Source of the DNA: Octopus sinensis
Taxonomy: Eukaryota
Reading direction: 5' to 3'
Length of the DNA: 64,000 nt
NCBI RefSeq assembly: GCF_006345805.1
Contig: NC_042998.1
Span: 206,708,001-206,772,000, forward strand
Below, in pieces: positions 12,981-25,564 of the stretch (its first letter is position 1; every line of letters begins with the position of its first letter). The notes beneath the pieces were generated by a model. It made no database searches and was not told the DNA's origin. It saw nothing but the letters and a program-made list of their open reading frames with translations. The translations under genes and the position numbers were made by a program.

Positions 12981-13811
12981 ATTAAGCTTAAGGACTATAT
13001 AATGTACAAGTATAAAGAAAGAATTAAAGAAAAAAGGACTCATTATATTGAATGTTATCGATAATATCGAGTGGAAATAGGGGGCGCTGCAGTTCCACAG
13101 TGCCTATACACGAGCTGCTGCTGTTTCTGGTTGTTATCTCCTACAACCTTCCCATCGTCGAATGAACTTCCCTTCATTAATAAATGCGCTCTGACCAACA
13201 TCAGAGTATTTCTGTGAAGCTACAAGCAGCTTATTAAAGTAGTTTTGTAAATAACAGAATTGTTAGACGGGGAAAGTAATTCATTTTGCAATTTTGAAAA
13301 GTCATGAAAAATAATGTTTTTGTTCAGTCTTCATGACAATGTCTTGCCCCAAGGTGCAACACAGGAAATCATCAGGTAAATAGCAAGAGAGAGAGAGAGA
13401 GAGAAAGGGAGACAGGTAGACAGAAAGAGAGAAAGGGAGAAGGGAAGAAAGAAAGAAAGAAAGAGGGAGAGTCAAATAAATGCTACTGGCACGTTGACAT
13501 ACATATACGCATACATAATCACGTCAAGGGCATGTACACATACACATACATACACAACCACTCTCTCTCTCTCTCTCTCTCTCTCACACCTACAGCTAAT
13601 TGTCATGTGTGCGTGCGCGCGCGGAAATAGTGTTCGTATGTGTGTGTGTGTGTATGCGCCAGTAGCGTTCCTTTGAATCTTTCTCCCTCCCCCTCCCCTC
13701 CCCTCACACGCACACACAAACATTTACCATTTCCACAGCATGATATATGAGCGTGACAGATTTTTTACACCACAGGATCTGTCATGTCTTTAGCATTTAA
13801 TATAACATAAT

Positions 13812-13837
13812 ACATATGTATATAGTATATGTATATA

Positions 13838-13897
<60 letters not shown>

Positions 13898-13982
13898 AAC
13901 ACATATACTTATGTATATATATGTATATATATATGTGTGTATATATATATATGTATAATATATGTATATATATGTATATATA

Positions 13983-14019
<37 letters not shown>

Positions 14020-14076
14020 TATGTATGTATATATATGTATATATATGTATATTATGTTATATATATGTATATTATG

Positions 14077-14157
<81 letters not shown>

Positions 14158-14325
14158 TTATATATATATTGTATATATATGTATGTATATATATATATTA
14201 TGTGTATCTATATGTATATATATGTATATATATATAGTGTGTATATATATATATATAGAATATATATATGTATGTATATATATGTATAATATTATATATT
14301 TATGTATATTATATGTTAATGTATA

Positions 14326-14395
<70 letters not shown>

Positions 14396-14438
14396 TATAT
14401 ATATACACACACATACATATACATACATTTATATCTAT
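13812..14438. repeat. Long (TA)n/(TATG)n microsatellite
   Basis: Visible tandem repeats. Confidence 0.95.
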
Positions 14439-14518
14439 AGTGTAGCTGTCATTACAAGTAAGTATGACTTGATAGTTTGTTTACGCCTGGCTTTCACCAA
14501 GTATTTTAGGTTCTTGCA

Positions 14519-14781
14519 AAAAGCATCGTTTGAGCGCAGCCGATGCCTGTTCCACCTGACTGGCTCCTGTGCTGGTAGCATGTAAAAAGCACCCACTACA
14601 CTCTCGGAGTGGTTGGCGTCAGGAAGAGCATCCAGCTGTAGAAACCTTGCCAGATCAGATTGGAGCCTGGTGCAGCCTCCTGGCTTTCCAGACCCCCAGT
14701 CAAACCATCCCACCCATGCCAGCATGGAAAACGGATGCTAAACGATGATGACGACAATGATGACGATGATGATGATGATGG
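14519..14781 (+). mobile_element. Family C RTE-type 3' end
   Basis: GGTTGGCGTCAGGAAGAGCATCCAGCTGTAGAAAC...CCATGCCAGCATGGAAAACGGATGCTAAAC(GAT)n. Confidence 0.8.
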
Positions 14782-14858
14782 GTATGATATTAGTTGTGAG
14801 CAGAGCTAGACACCCTCTAGGCTCTACCACTAGGAGTGACAGCTGGCGGGAGAGGGGG

Positions 14859-14923
<65 letters not shown>

Positions 14924-15032
14924 ACTCATTTTCAGCTTGACTGGACTGGAATAACATGAAGTGATGAGATTTGCTCAAATGTGCTATGTGCTGTCTGGCC
15001 CGGGATTCGAACTCTTTGAAAGCAGACTATAA

Positions 15033-15065
<33 letters not shown>

Positions 15066-15546
15066 AGTAGCATACCAATAAATCAATTCCATGAACAATT
15101 TTCCCGAACCTTCCGATTTGCACAGCAAATAAACCACGTCCTTCCCTAATCCTCATTACTTCCACACACCAAACCAATTACCTTAAAATTAGCCTCATTA
15201 GCCTTATTGTACAAATTAGCTATCTCTTATCTTTGACTTGTTGCAATCAGTTTACGGCAGCCATACTGGAGCACTGCCTCGAAACTGCTTCAGTCAAACA
15301 AATCGCACCCCAGGACTTATCTTATTTTCATCAGCTCTGATACTTATTCTGTCATTCTCATTTGCTGAACAGCAAAGTTCTGGGGATGTAACCAAACCAA
15401 CACCAGTTTTCAAGCAGTGGGATGGGAAGACAAATACACACACACACACACTCACACACTCATACACACTCGTGTGCACACACACACATTATAAATTCAC
15501 TTGTAAAATTTTCATTTTGGGTCAGTTTCAAACACACTCTCCTCTT

Positions 15547-16312
15547 GGTGGTGGGGGGGATGGAGGATGGTAGTAGAGGTGGTGGTGGTAGCGGTGGCGG
15601 CGGCGGTGATGGTGGTGGTGCTGCTGGTAGCGAAGGATGTTTTGGTGTAGAAGTGGTGATGGAGGTGATGGTGGTGGTGGTGTTGATGATGTTGGGGCTG
15701 ATGTTCGTGGTGGTGGTGGTGTCTGAAGTACTGACTAGTGGGGGTGCTGGGATGGAGGTGGAAGTGCTGATGGTATTGTGTTTGTTGTTGTTGTTAGTGG
15801 TGGTGCTGGTGGCGGTGATGATGGTGGTGGTGGTGGTGGTGGTGGCGGTGGTGGCGGTGGTGGTGATCATGGTGGTGGTGGTGGTGATGGAGTTGGTGGC
15901 GGTGATGATGGTGGTGGTGGTGGTGGTGGCGGTGGTGGCGGTGGTGGCGGTGGTGGTGATCATGGTGGTGGTGGTGGTGGTGGTGATGGTGGTGGTGGTG
16001 ATGATTGGTGGTGGTGGTGGTGATGGTGGTGGTGGTGGTAGTAGTAGTGGTGGTAGTAGTAGTGGTGGTAGTGGTGGTGGTGGTAGTGGTGGTGGTGGTG
16101 GTAGTGGTGGTAATGATGGTGTTGGAGAGGGGGTGGAAGCGCTGATGGTGTTGTTGCTGTTGCCGCTGGTGGTGGTGGTGGTAGTGGTAGTGGTGGTAAT
16201 GGTGGTGTTGGGGTGGGGTAGAAGTATTGTGGTTGTTGTCATTGTTGTTGTTGCTGCTGGTGGTGGTGGTGGTGGTGGCTGTAGGTTGGGTGGGGTGGGG
16301 GTGGGTTGGTGC
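15547..16312. repeat. (GGT)n/(GAT)n trinucleotide low-complexity tract
   Basis: Source of the poly-V/G/T/P/H ORFs in all frames. Confidence 0.95.
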
Positions 16313-16836
16313 TGTGCATAATAAGTAAGTCCATTGCCCCGTTTCGTCTATTAAATCTGGTTGGCTCATTAAATGCCTAAAAAAAAAAAAAAAGAAAAGA
16401 GATTATTTCGTTCATAAATAATATATCTTGGAAAAGTTCAATTATTCTTGGTACTACAACAACAACAACAATACGAAGAACAGAAACAGCAAAAACGCCA
16501 GCAATACTAGTAACCACTATAACAGCAACAAAAACAAGAAACACGAAGGCTACTTTAGTAACGACAACAACAACAACAACAGCAATTGATCTCACGCAAA
16601 TTTCATTAGAAAAAAAAGCAATTTTATTCAGATATTTATTTATTTATTTATTTTTCATATTTTATTTGTTGTTTTTTTTTTATATTTATTATTTATTTAC
16701 CTATTTATATGTTTATTTTGTTATTGCCACCGCTTATTATGAGTGGGAAGTATGTCTGAGAGTATGGATACATGTGTGGTGTGTGTGTGTGTGTGTTTTT
16801 ATGTGCGTGTGTATGATTAATGTATGTCATAACCAA

Positions 16837-16867
<31 letters not shown>

Positions 16868-17091
16868 CTATATATATATATATATAATATATATCTATAT
16901 ATATATATATATATATATATAACAACACCAAGTAGCAACACCAATGGCGGTGCCCCAGCATGGCCACAGCTCATAAGCTGAAACTAGAATCAATCATCAA
17001 TCAATCAATCAATATATAATATATATATATTATCTATATATATATTATATATACTATATATATTATATATAGATATATGTATATATATATA

Positions 17092-17345
17092 TCATCATCA
17101 TCATCGTTTAACGTCCGTTTTCCATGCTAGCATGGGTTGGATGGTTCGACTGGGGTCTGGGAAGCCAGGAGGCTGCACCAGGCTCCAGTCTGATCTGGCA
17201 GGGTTTCTACAGCTGGATGCCCTTCCTAACGCCAACCACTCTAAGAGTGTAGTGGGTGCTTTTACGTGCCACCGGCATGGGAGCCAGTCAAGGCAGCACT
17301 GGCATCGGCCACGTTCGAATGGTGCTTTTTACGTGCCACTGGCAT
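17092..17345 (-). mobile_element. Family C RTE-type 3' end (a second diverged copy follows at ~17448-17610)
   Basis: Same consensus as 6839-7150. Confidence 0.8.
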
Positions 17346-17348
17346 ATT

Positions 17349-17383
<35 letters not shown>

Positions 17384-17715
17384 TGTGTGTGTATATCACC
17401 ACCATCATCATCACCATCATCACCATCACCACTACCACCACCACAATAATCATCATCATCACCATCACCATCGTTTAACGTCTGCCTTCCATGCTAGCAT
17501 GGGTTAGATGGTTTCAAAAGAGCTTGCCAGGCAGAAGCCTGCACCAGACTTCTGCGACTGTTTCGGCAAGGTTTTTACAGCTGGATGCCCTTCCTAACAC
17601 CAACCACTCATCAGAGGGGACTTAGTGCTTTTTAAGTGGCACCTGCACTGACAGGGTCACCAACCACCTTACGAGACAAAGATCTGTTGAGACGGGAGGG
17701 GGGCATTGGAGGAGG

Positions 17716-18026
17716 TTTCTTTCGTTTGTTCCTTCTCGAGCCATGCCTAGCTTATTAAGGCCAGTTTCCCGGTTTCCTTGGCGTATAGGTTCCCCACCTG
17801 GATGGGATGTTGGTCTGTCGTAGGTGAGCTGCAAGATGCAGGAGGAAAGAGTGAGAGAAAGTTGTGGCAAAAGAGTCAGCAGAAGTTCGCCATTACCTTC
17901 TGCCGGAGCCGCAAGGAGCTTAGGTGTTTCGCTCATAAACACACACATCGCCTGGTCTGAGATTCGAACCCGCGATCCCTCGACCTTGAGTCCGCTGCTC
18001 TAACCACTAGGCCATGTGCCTCCACA
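17716..18026 (-). mobile_element. tRNA-derived SINE (distinct family) with a 12-bp TSD
   Basis: Minus strand: A-box TGGCCTAGTGG, B-box GGTTCGAATCT; CATTGGAGGAGG at 17704-17715 and 18027-18038. Confidence 0.9.
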
Positions 18027-18502
18027 CATTGGAGGAGGAGGAGAGTAAGACAGAGAGACAGAAACGGGTGTCTTGCTGTAGACGAGGTATATTTATACAC
18101 TCTGTGTCTATATTTATCATCATCATCTTCATCATCATCATCATCGTCATTATTTAACGTCCATTATCCATGCTGTGGATCTTATTGAATGATTTACACT
18201 TTTTGACAGCAGCTTCCATAGCTTCTAGCTCTAATATCCTACATGCATACAGGTATATATGCTAGTATATATTATTAATTTATCAATATAGGGTAGCAAA
18301 AAAATTCAAGAAAAATTTTCTGCAACCAGCGGTCAAGTGAGAAAATAGAAATAGTCACAGACTATATAATATATTCAACAAAGTATTAAGGAATGACCCT
18401 AACAGGTCTTTCAACTCACTTGAAAAGAGCAGCCAAACTCAAACCACAAAAATAGTAGTAATTCTGAAAGCTAAAGGAGAAATAAAAACATTTATCCCTT
18501 TC

Positions 18503-18601
18503 AACTTTGTACCCTGCAAGGTTTCAACAATTTTTACGCAATCGAACTTAATTAAATTAGATTAAATCCGTTTGCGATTGGCTTGTTTCATCAGCAAAGT
18601 C
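18503..18601 (-). ncRNA. Type-I hammerhead ribozyme with long stem II
   Basis: Reverse-complement copy of 19001-19099. Confidence 0.75.
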
Positions 18602-19000
18602 ACCTAAAGAAAAGGAGAACATATACCCACGAGGCGACACCACTGAAGCCCCGAGTGTATATATCCTAATTTTTCGAAATCCAACGTAACCGCGCCAACT
18701 ACTCAGCAGCAAATATAAACTGCTGATATTTTGTTGAATATATTATATAGTCTGTGACTATTTCTATTTTCTCACTTGACCGCTGATTGCAGAAAATTTT
18801 TCTTGAATTTTTCTTGAATTTTTTTGCTACCCTATATTGATAAATTAATAATTTTTGACTAATTCTGAAATTGTATCAGCAGTTTATATTTGCTGCTGAG
18901 TAGTTGGCGCGGTTACGTTGGATTTTGAAAAATTAGGATATATACACTTGGGGCTTCAGTGGTGTCGCCTCGTGGGTATATGTTCTCCTTTTCTTTTGGT

Positions 19001-19099
19001 GACTTTGCTGATGAAACAAGCCAATCGCAAACGGATTTAATTTAATTTAATTAAGTTCGATTGCGTAAAAATTGTTGAAACCTTGCAGGGTACAAAGTT
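19001..19099 (+). ncRNA. Type-I hammerhead ribozyme with long stem II
   Basis: GACTTTG-CTGATGA-AACAA...TTGTT-GAAAC-CTTGCAGG-GTA-CAAAGTT; 7-bp stem I, canonical core, GUA site, near-palindromic stem III. Confidence 0.8.
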
Positions 19100-19223
19100 G
19101 AAAGGGATAAATGTTATTATTTCTCCTTTAGCTTTCAGAATTACTACTATTTTTGCGGTTTGAGTTTGGCTGCTCTTTTCAAGTGAGTTGAACGACCTCT
19201 CAGGGTCATTCCTTAATACTTTG

Positions 19224-19283
<60 letters not shown>

Positions 19284-19363
19284 AGCATATATATATATGC
19301 TTGAATGGTGCTTTTTATGTGCCACTGGCATAAAACTTTGCCAGATTAGATTGAGATGGGAGC

Positions 19364-19702
19364 TCCCTAACTCCCCAGACTGCAACCCCTTCGATTATTA
19401 TGCATGGGGCACAGTTGAACAAAAGACCAACAAAACTCCTTGTAACACCAAAGATGAACTGAAGGCAAGGATCATGGCAGTATTCACCAACTTAAACAAA
19501 GAGACCATCCAGAAGAGTTGCAGGAGATTCCAAAGTCGTCTGAAGGCTGTGGTTGAGGCCGATGGTGACTTTATTAAATAAATTTACTCTTTAGTTTTTC
19601 AAGATATTTTTATGTAATTTTGGTAAATATATCTTAAAATGAGATGTCAGTATTATTTTCATTTTTGTGTAATTTAGACAACAATTCATTCACCACACCC
19701 TG
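19364..19702 (+). mobile_element. Tc1/mariner DD37D (maT) 3' fragment
   Basis: PNSPDCNPFDYYAWG...ELKARI...SRLKAVVEADGDFIK; terminal ...CACCCTG|TA. Confidence 0.85.
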
Positions 19703-19736
19703 TATATATATGTATATATATGTGTGTATATGTAAG

Positions 19737-19832
<96 letters not shown>

Positions 19833-20094
19833 TATGTATATATATGTGTGTATATGTAAGTATGTATATACAATATATATATATATATATATATACAGTG
19901 TGTATATGTATAGTGTATATAGAATGTCGGTTGCTGATTGGTTTTTGTGTTGCAGGAGACAACAATGTGAATTACTGTCCATTCCAGTTGATTAGATTTC
20001 GATTATCCTTCATTTCACAAAATTAGCATTTACAGTCAAATGGCATGGTGCATCTCAGACTGACCATCATCAGCGTCAGCGCTCTATCGCCTAC

Positions 20095-20215
20095 TAATGC
20101 CACGACCACTACTACCACCATCGCTACCATCATCATCATCATCATCATCACTATCGTCACCACTGCCACCCACACAACACCATCATGGTCAACATCATCA
20201 TCATCATCATCGTTG

Positions 20216-20272
<57 letters not shown>

Positions 20273-20545
20273 CCATCATCATTATCATCATCTCAACCTC
20301 TACCACAACCACCACCACCACCACCATCACCTCCACCACCACCTTCTTCTTCATCAGTGCTCGCAACAACCCCCAACCCCACCAACAGCCACTTATCCCC
20401 ATCATCATCATCATCATCACTATCATCACTATTATCACCATCATCATCATCGCTACCACCACCACCACCATCATCATCATCACTACCACCACCCCACCAC
20501 CACCATCATCACCACCATCATCATCATCATCATCATCATCATCAC
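20095..20545. repeat. (CAT)n/(CAC)n tract
   Basis: Visible trinucleotide repeats. Confidence 0.95.
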
Positions 20546-21106
20546 CCCTGTGGTAATCCACATAATCAACATATGTTTTATCCTCAAAAATATTCCGTAC
20601 ACTAACTAGTTCCCACCCACCCCCACACACACACTCCCTCCCTCAATACTCACTCGTTCATCCTCTGCATGATTGATGTATGGACACTGTCCATCTAAGG
20701 ATATAATATGCCCTGTGTCTTAAACCACTTATTTTTTTTCTTTTGTTTTGTCTTTTCTTTTTTATATTTGCATTACATCAATATATAATGAAATATTTGG
20801 AAGCTGCTCATCCGGCTCCGTTGGTCCATTTATGAATATGGAGATCTAGGTTCTCGTTGCAGAGGAGCCACACAGTTCCTTTGCAACAACCTGTTGGCCC
20901 CACTGTCCTTCCATATTTTTTATGAAGCTGAGTGGCTTACTGGTTAAAGCATTTGGCCCAAGATCGTAAGGTTGTGAGTTCAATTCCCAGCAACACCTCG
21001 TGTCCTTGAGCACATCACTTTATTTCACACAGCCACCACGAATGAGTTGTACCTGTATTTCAAAGCACCATGTTGAATCTCCATGAGAAACACATTAAAG
21101 GTCAAC

Positions 21107-21271
21107 AGGCGCAGGAGTGGCTGTGTGGTAAGTAGCTTGCTAACCAACCACATGGTTCCGGGTTCAGTCCCACTGCGTGGCATCTTGGGCAAGTGTCTTC
21201 TGCTATAGCCCCGGGCCGGCAATGCCTTGTGAGTGGATTTGGTAGACAGAAACTGAAAGAAGCCTGTCGTA

Positions 21272-21322
<51 letters not shown>

Positions 21323-21533
21323 TTGTGTGTCTGTGTTTGTCCCCCTAGCATTGCTTGACAACCGATGCTGGTGTGTTTACGTCCCCATCACTTAGCGGTT
21401 TGGCAAAAAGAGACCGATAGAATAAGTACTGGGCTTACAAAGAATAAGTTCTGGGGTCGATTTGCTCAACTAAAGGCAGTGCTCCAGCATGGCCACAGTC
21501 AATGACTGAAACAAGTAAAAGAGTAAAAGAGTA
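21107..21533 (+). mobile_element. Full-length SINE family B, nested in another tRNA-SINE starting ~20926
   Basis: AGGCGCAGGAGTGGCTGTGTGGTAAG...GGTTCAGTCCC...tail (GTAAAAGA)n. Confidence 0.9.
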
Positions 21534-21751
21534 TACCTGTAGAGTGCTCAGTCACTTGCACATTAACCCATGTTGACCCACTGTCCTCATTTGGGGACAA
21601 TTCCATTTCGTTCATTTACTGCAATAAAGGTTAACTCGATGCTTCCGTATATTTGTTATCCCTGTTTATATTTTTTATCTTTTATTCTTTTAATCTTTTA
21701 CTTGTTTCAGTCATTTGACTGTGGCCATGCTGGAGCACCGCCTTTTTAGTC

Positions 21752-21965
21752 GATGTTGTGGTCAACCTTGTCAAAGGCCTTGCTGAAGTCAAGATATATG
21801 ACACCCGCATTGGATCCCTCACCCAAGGCCCTTACGATATCGTCGAAATGATGCAGGGGCTGTGTAAGGCAGTCCCTGCCATTCCGGAAACCGTTCTGGT
21901 TGGGAAACAGCAGGTTGTTTCTTTCCAGGAAGGGAGTCACTCTAGATTGAAACCACTCTCTCAAA
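21752..21965 (-). mobile_element. CR1-group reverse transcriptase fragment
   Basis: FLERNNLLFPNQNGFRNGRDCLTQ...VIYLDFSKAFDKVDH. Confidence 0.9.
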
Positions 21966-22307
21966 TAATTTGATGAGATGAGAGATACACGGATGCTTAT
22001 GTATACGTGTATCATATATCTTACTGCCATCAACGTATCTTACAATCTTTAATTCTTAATTCAGCATTTTTAATCTTAAATTTGATATGAGTTTTAATCG
22101 ATGTATCACTATTAATTTATCCTTTTCACGTCTATTTTTGCCTCACATATTTCTTATTTCTGTTTCTGTTTCTCTATTTCTGTTCTAAATATTATATTAA
22201 TACGTTCCTTGTCTTGATGTATTTATTATGTTGATGTAAATCATAACTACAGGATGATTATCTAAAGATGGTCTCTTCTTAAACCAAGTTATATAATATA
22301 TACATGC

Positions 22308-22345
<38 letters not shown>

Positions 22346-22354
22346 ATATATATA

Positions 22355-22957
22355 TCATCATCATCATCAGCGTTTAATGTCCGTTTTCCATTCTAGCATG
22401 GGTTGGACTGTTCAACCAGGATCTGGGTAGCCAGAAGGCTGCACCAGGCTCCAGTCTGATCTGGCAGTATTTCTACAGCTGGATGCCCTTCCTAACCCTG
22501 ACCACTCCGTGAGTGTAGTGGGTGCTTTTTATGTGCCACTGGCACAGGTTACAGGCAAGACTGGCAACAGTCATGATCGGATTGGTGCTTTTTACGTACC
22601 ACCAGCATGGAAGCCAGTCAAGGCGGCACTGGCATCAGCCATGTTCGGATGGTGCTTTTTACGTGCCACCGGCACAGGGATCACAACTACAATTTCCATT
22701 GATTTTTGATGTTCATGTACTTCACTCAATAGGTCTCCTCAAGCACAGGGTCGAAACGGTGTTTCTTTACTTGCCACCTGCACAGTAGTCAGTCCAGCGG
22801 CACTGGCAACTGCCGGGTGCCAGTCATAGGATTGGTTCAATTTCGAATTCAATTTCGACTTCACTTGCCTCAACAGGACTTCGCGTGTCCAAGGAAGGAA
22901 AGGCATGCATAAGTGGGCTGGCTACAACCCGGCAAAGGACACTTGGTTTAAGAAGAG
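22355..22957 (-). mobile_element. Long family C copy (RTE-type 3' end with several VNTR units)
   Basis: (CAT)n end, VNTR units, and minus-strand CTGTGCTTGAGGAGACC resembling the RTE ORF terminus. Confidence 0.8.
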
Positions 22958-23311
22958 ACAAAATACACACACACACACGCACACACACATACACACATAT
23001 ATATACATACATACATATATATATATATGTGGTCCTGGCGCAGCCTTCTGGCTTCCCAGACCCCAGTTGAACCGTCCAACCCATGCTAGTATGGAAAACG
23101 GATGTTAAACGATGATGATGATGATATATATATATATAGTTTTCAGTTTTCTACTGCTCCTTCTAGCACAAGGCTTTCCCATTTGGAAGCCTCTTATTGT
23201 ATTTCTATATATTTCTATATATACAACACACACGTGTACATCGCTGCATTTTTTATGTTTGTGTGTATATATATATAAGCACACATTTATATCTACATAT
23301 ATAAATATATA

Positions 23312-23409
23312 CTTTATTTAAAAGCAGCAGAAATATAACAAAAGCTGTTACTCAAACGTGAAACTCTGAGTAACAGCTTTTATTATATTTCTGCTGCTTT
23401 TAAATAAAG
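23312..23409. repeat. ~40-bp-arm hairpin containing a hammerhead 3' half
   Basis: CTTTATTTAAAAGCAGCAGAAATATAACAAAAGCTGTTACTCA mirrored after GAAACTCTGAGTAACAGC. Confidence 0.7.
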
Positions 23410-23483
23410 CATATTACTCTACCTCTGGTATTTGAGTACTCTTTTTTCCACCTTGTTTCACATTTATGTGCTTACTCTGGTAA

Positions 23484-23520
<37 letters not shown>

Positions 23521-24373
23521 TGTTATATTTCGGAATGGTCATTTTGCCAGTTTAGCCATAAAAACACACGCACTATATATTTGGTGTTACTTTGCTTCAG
23601 GTTATTATTTTTTTTTTACATTAATCTTAATCTTATTTCGGCCAGAGTTCTTTCGTCACACTCCTGTGACCGCATCAGTGTTCCTTTGTTTTCTTCTTTC
23701 TTATTTGTGTCTCTCCTTACTAACCGTCAGCCATTTTGTATTTCTATTGTATGTCTTCATTTGCGCATGCTTATATCTCTATGTGCGTCTATGTTATTAG
23801 TGTGTGTGGGGGGATGCCTGTAATATTTGTATCTTCTGTTTATATATGTTCATGTAATTTGTATTTTGTTTTTGTTGTTGTTGTTGTTGTTTTGTTTTAT
23901 TCTTATTTTGTTCATGTGTTTACATCAACTTATTATTACCATTACATATGCTTGTATGTATGTATGTATGTATAACAACAATACTAGTAATAATAATAAT
24001 AAATCGAATCGAAAAAAAAAAAAATATATATATAGTTATTTATTTCTATTTGTTTATTTATCTGTGTATTTATTATGTTTTTGGGATCCTCTCGTCATAT
24101 GTTGTGGTGTGTGCTATTGCTCCATTCTAGTTTTCTATTCAGGCTAGGTTTATTTTCTATTATGTGTATAGCTTCTGTAATTTGTCTGATTGTTGCATCT
24201 GTTCTATGTGTGGACAATATTTTAATTTCTATGTTGTTGATTGATCCCCCGTGTTCCTGTTTGGCGTGTTGGTACAGAATCGATGAGCTTTTACCTTCCT
24301 TGTTCCAAGAGTTGGCCTTCCCTATTTTCTTTTTTGTCCTTTCTATAGTATTCCATGATTTGTTCCTATAGAG

Positions 24374-24586
24374 TGGAACAAGGAAGGTAAAAGCTCATCG
24401 ATTCTGTACCAACACGCCAAACAGGAACACGGGGGATCAATCAACAACATAGAAATTAAAATATTGTCCACACATAGAACAGATGCAACAATCAGACAAA
24501 TTACAGAAGCTATACACATAATAGAAAATAAACCTAGCCTGAATAGAAAACTAGAATGGAGCACTAGCACACACCACAACATATGA
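24374..24586 (+). pseudogene. Penelope-like GIY-YIG endonuclease C-terminal fragment (mirror copy at 24095-24373 minus)
   Basis: Manual translation WNKEGKSSSILYQHAKQEHGGSINNIEIKILSTHRTDATIRQITEAIHIIENKPSLNRKLEW; pattern S.L..H...H / R.I.EA..I....P.LNR. Confidence 0.7.
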
Positions 24587-24994
24587 CGATAGAGGATCCC
24601 AAAAACATAATAAATACACAGATAAATAAACAAATAGAAATAAATAACTATATATATATATTTTTTTTTTTTTCGATTCGATTTATTATTATTATTACAA
24701 GTATTGTTGTTATACATACATACATACATACAAGCATATGTAATGGTAATAATAAGTTGATGTAAACACATGAACAAAATAAGAATAAACAAAACAACAA
24801 CAAAAACAAAATACAAATTACATGAACATATATAAACAGAAGATACAAATATTACAGGCATCCCCCCACACACACACTAAATAAACATAGACGCACATAG
24901 AGATATAAGCATGCGCAAATGAAGACATACAATAGAAATACAAAATGGCTGACGGTTAGTAAGGAGAGACACAAATAAGAAAGAAGAAAACAAA

Positions 24995-25038
24995 GGACAC
25001 TGATGCGGTCACAGGAGTGTGACGAAAGAACTCTGGCC
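24995..25038 (+). ncRNA. Variant hammerhead-like motif (mirror at 23640-23684 minus)
   Basis: GGACA-CTGATGC-G-GTCAC aggagt GTGAC-GAAA-GAAC-TC-TGGCC; A9 replaced by C, stem I imperfect. Confidence 0.45.
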
Positions 25039-25257
25039 GAATAAGATTAAGATTAATGTAAAAAATAAATAACACTGAAGCAAAGTAACACCAAATATAT
25101 ATGCGTGTGTTTTTATTGGCTAAACTGGCAAAATGACCATTCCGAAATATACAATATCTGTTTCAACACACGACTTCACATAAAAAATCTTGCACAACAA
25201 ATATTTAAACGTTTATATATATGTATATATATAAAATATGTATATATATATATATAT

Positions 25258-25291
<34 letters not shown>

Positions 25292-25564
25292 TATGTATAT
25301 GTATATACGTGTGTGTGTGGTGTGTGTGTGTGTGCGTGTATTCTTTTATTCTTTACTTGTTTCACTCATTCGACTTTGGCCATGCTGTAGCAGCGCCTTT
25401 TTAGTCAAGCAAATTGACCCCAGGACTTATTCTTTGTAAGCCTAGTACTTATTCTATGGGTCTCTTTTGCTGAGCCACTAAGTTATGGGGGACGTGAACA
25501 CGCCAACATCAGTTGTCAAGCAATGGTTGTGGGGCAAAGACTTGCACACATAAATATATACATA

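Larger units (their letters stand above)
18271..19224. mobile_element. Penelope-like terminal-repeat relic with A-B-A'-B' inverted architecture
   Basis: A 18271-18382 / A' 18730-18852 and B 18378-18728 / B' 18874-19224 are near-perfect reverse complements; each B carries a hammerhead; ends in (TA)n. Confidence 0.75.
23520..25154. mobile_element. 1.6-kb palindrome formed by an inverted Penelope-like 3' end
   Basis: Arms 23520-24307 and 24374-25154 are near-identical reverse complements with a 66-bp spacer; they encode a GIY-YIG-like C-terminus and carry a hammerhead-like motif. Confidence 0.85.

Noticed and set aside
13751-13787. Hairpin as a pre-miRNA
   Set aside because: Only ~14 bp of stem and no match to a miRNA I recognise
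15422-16369. Long ORFs of 190-299 aa (poly-V/G/T/P/H), and similar ones at 20045, 35142, 35977, 40942 and 54578
   Set aside because: Stop-free frames produced by trinucleotide repeats on both strands; no domain content
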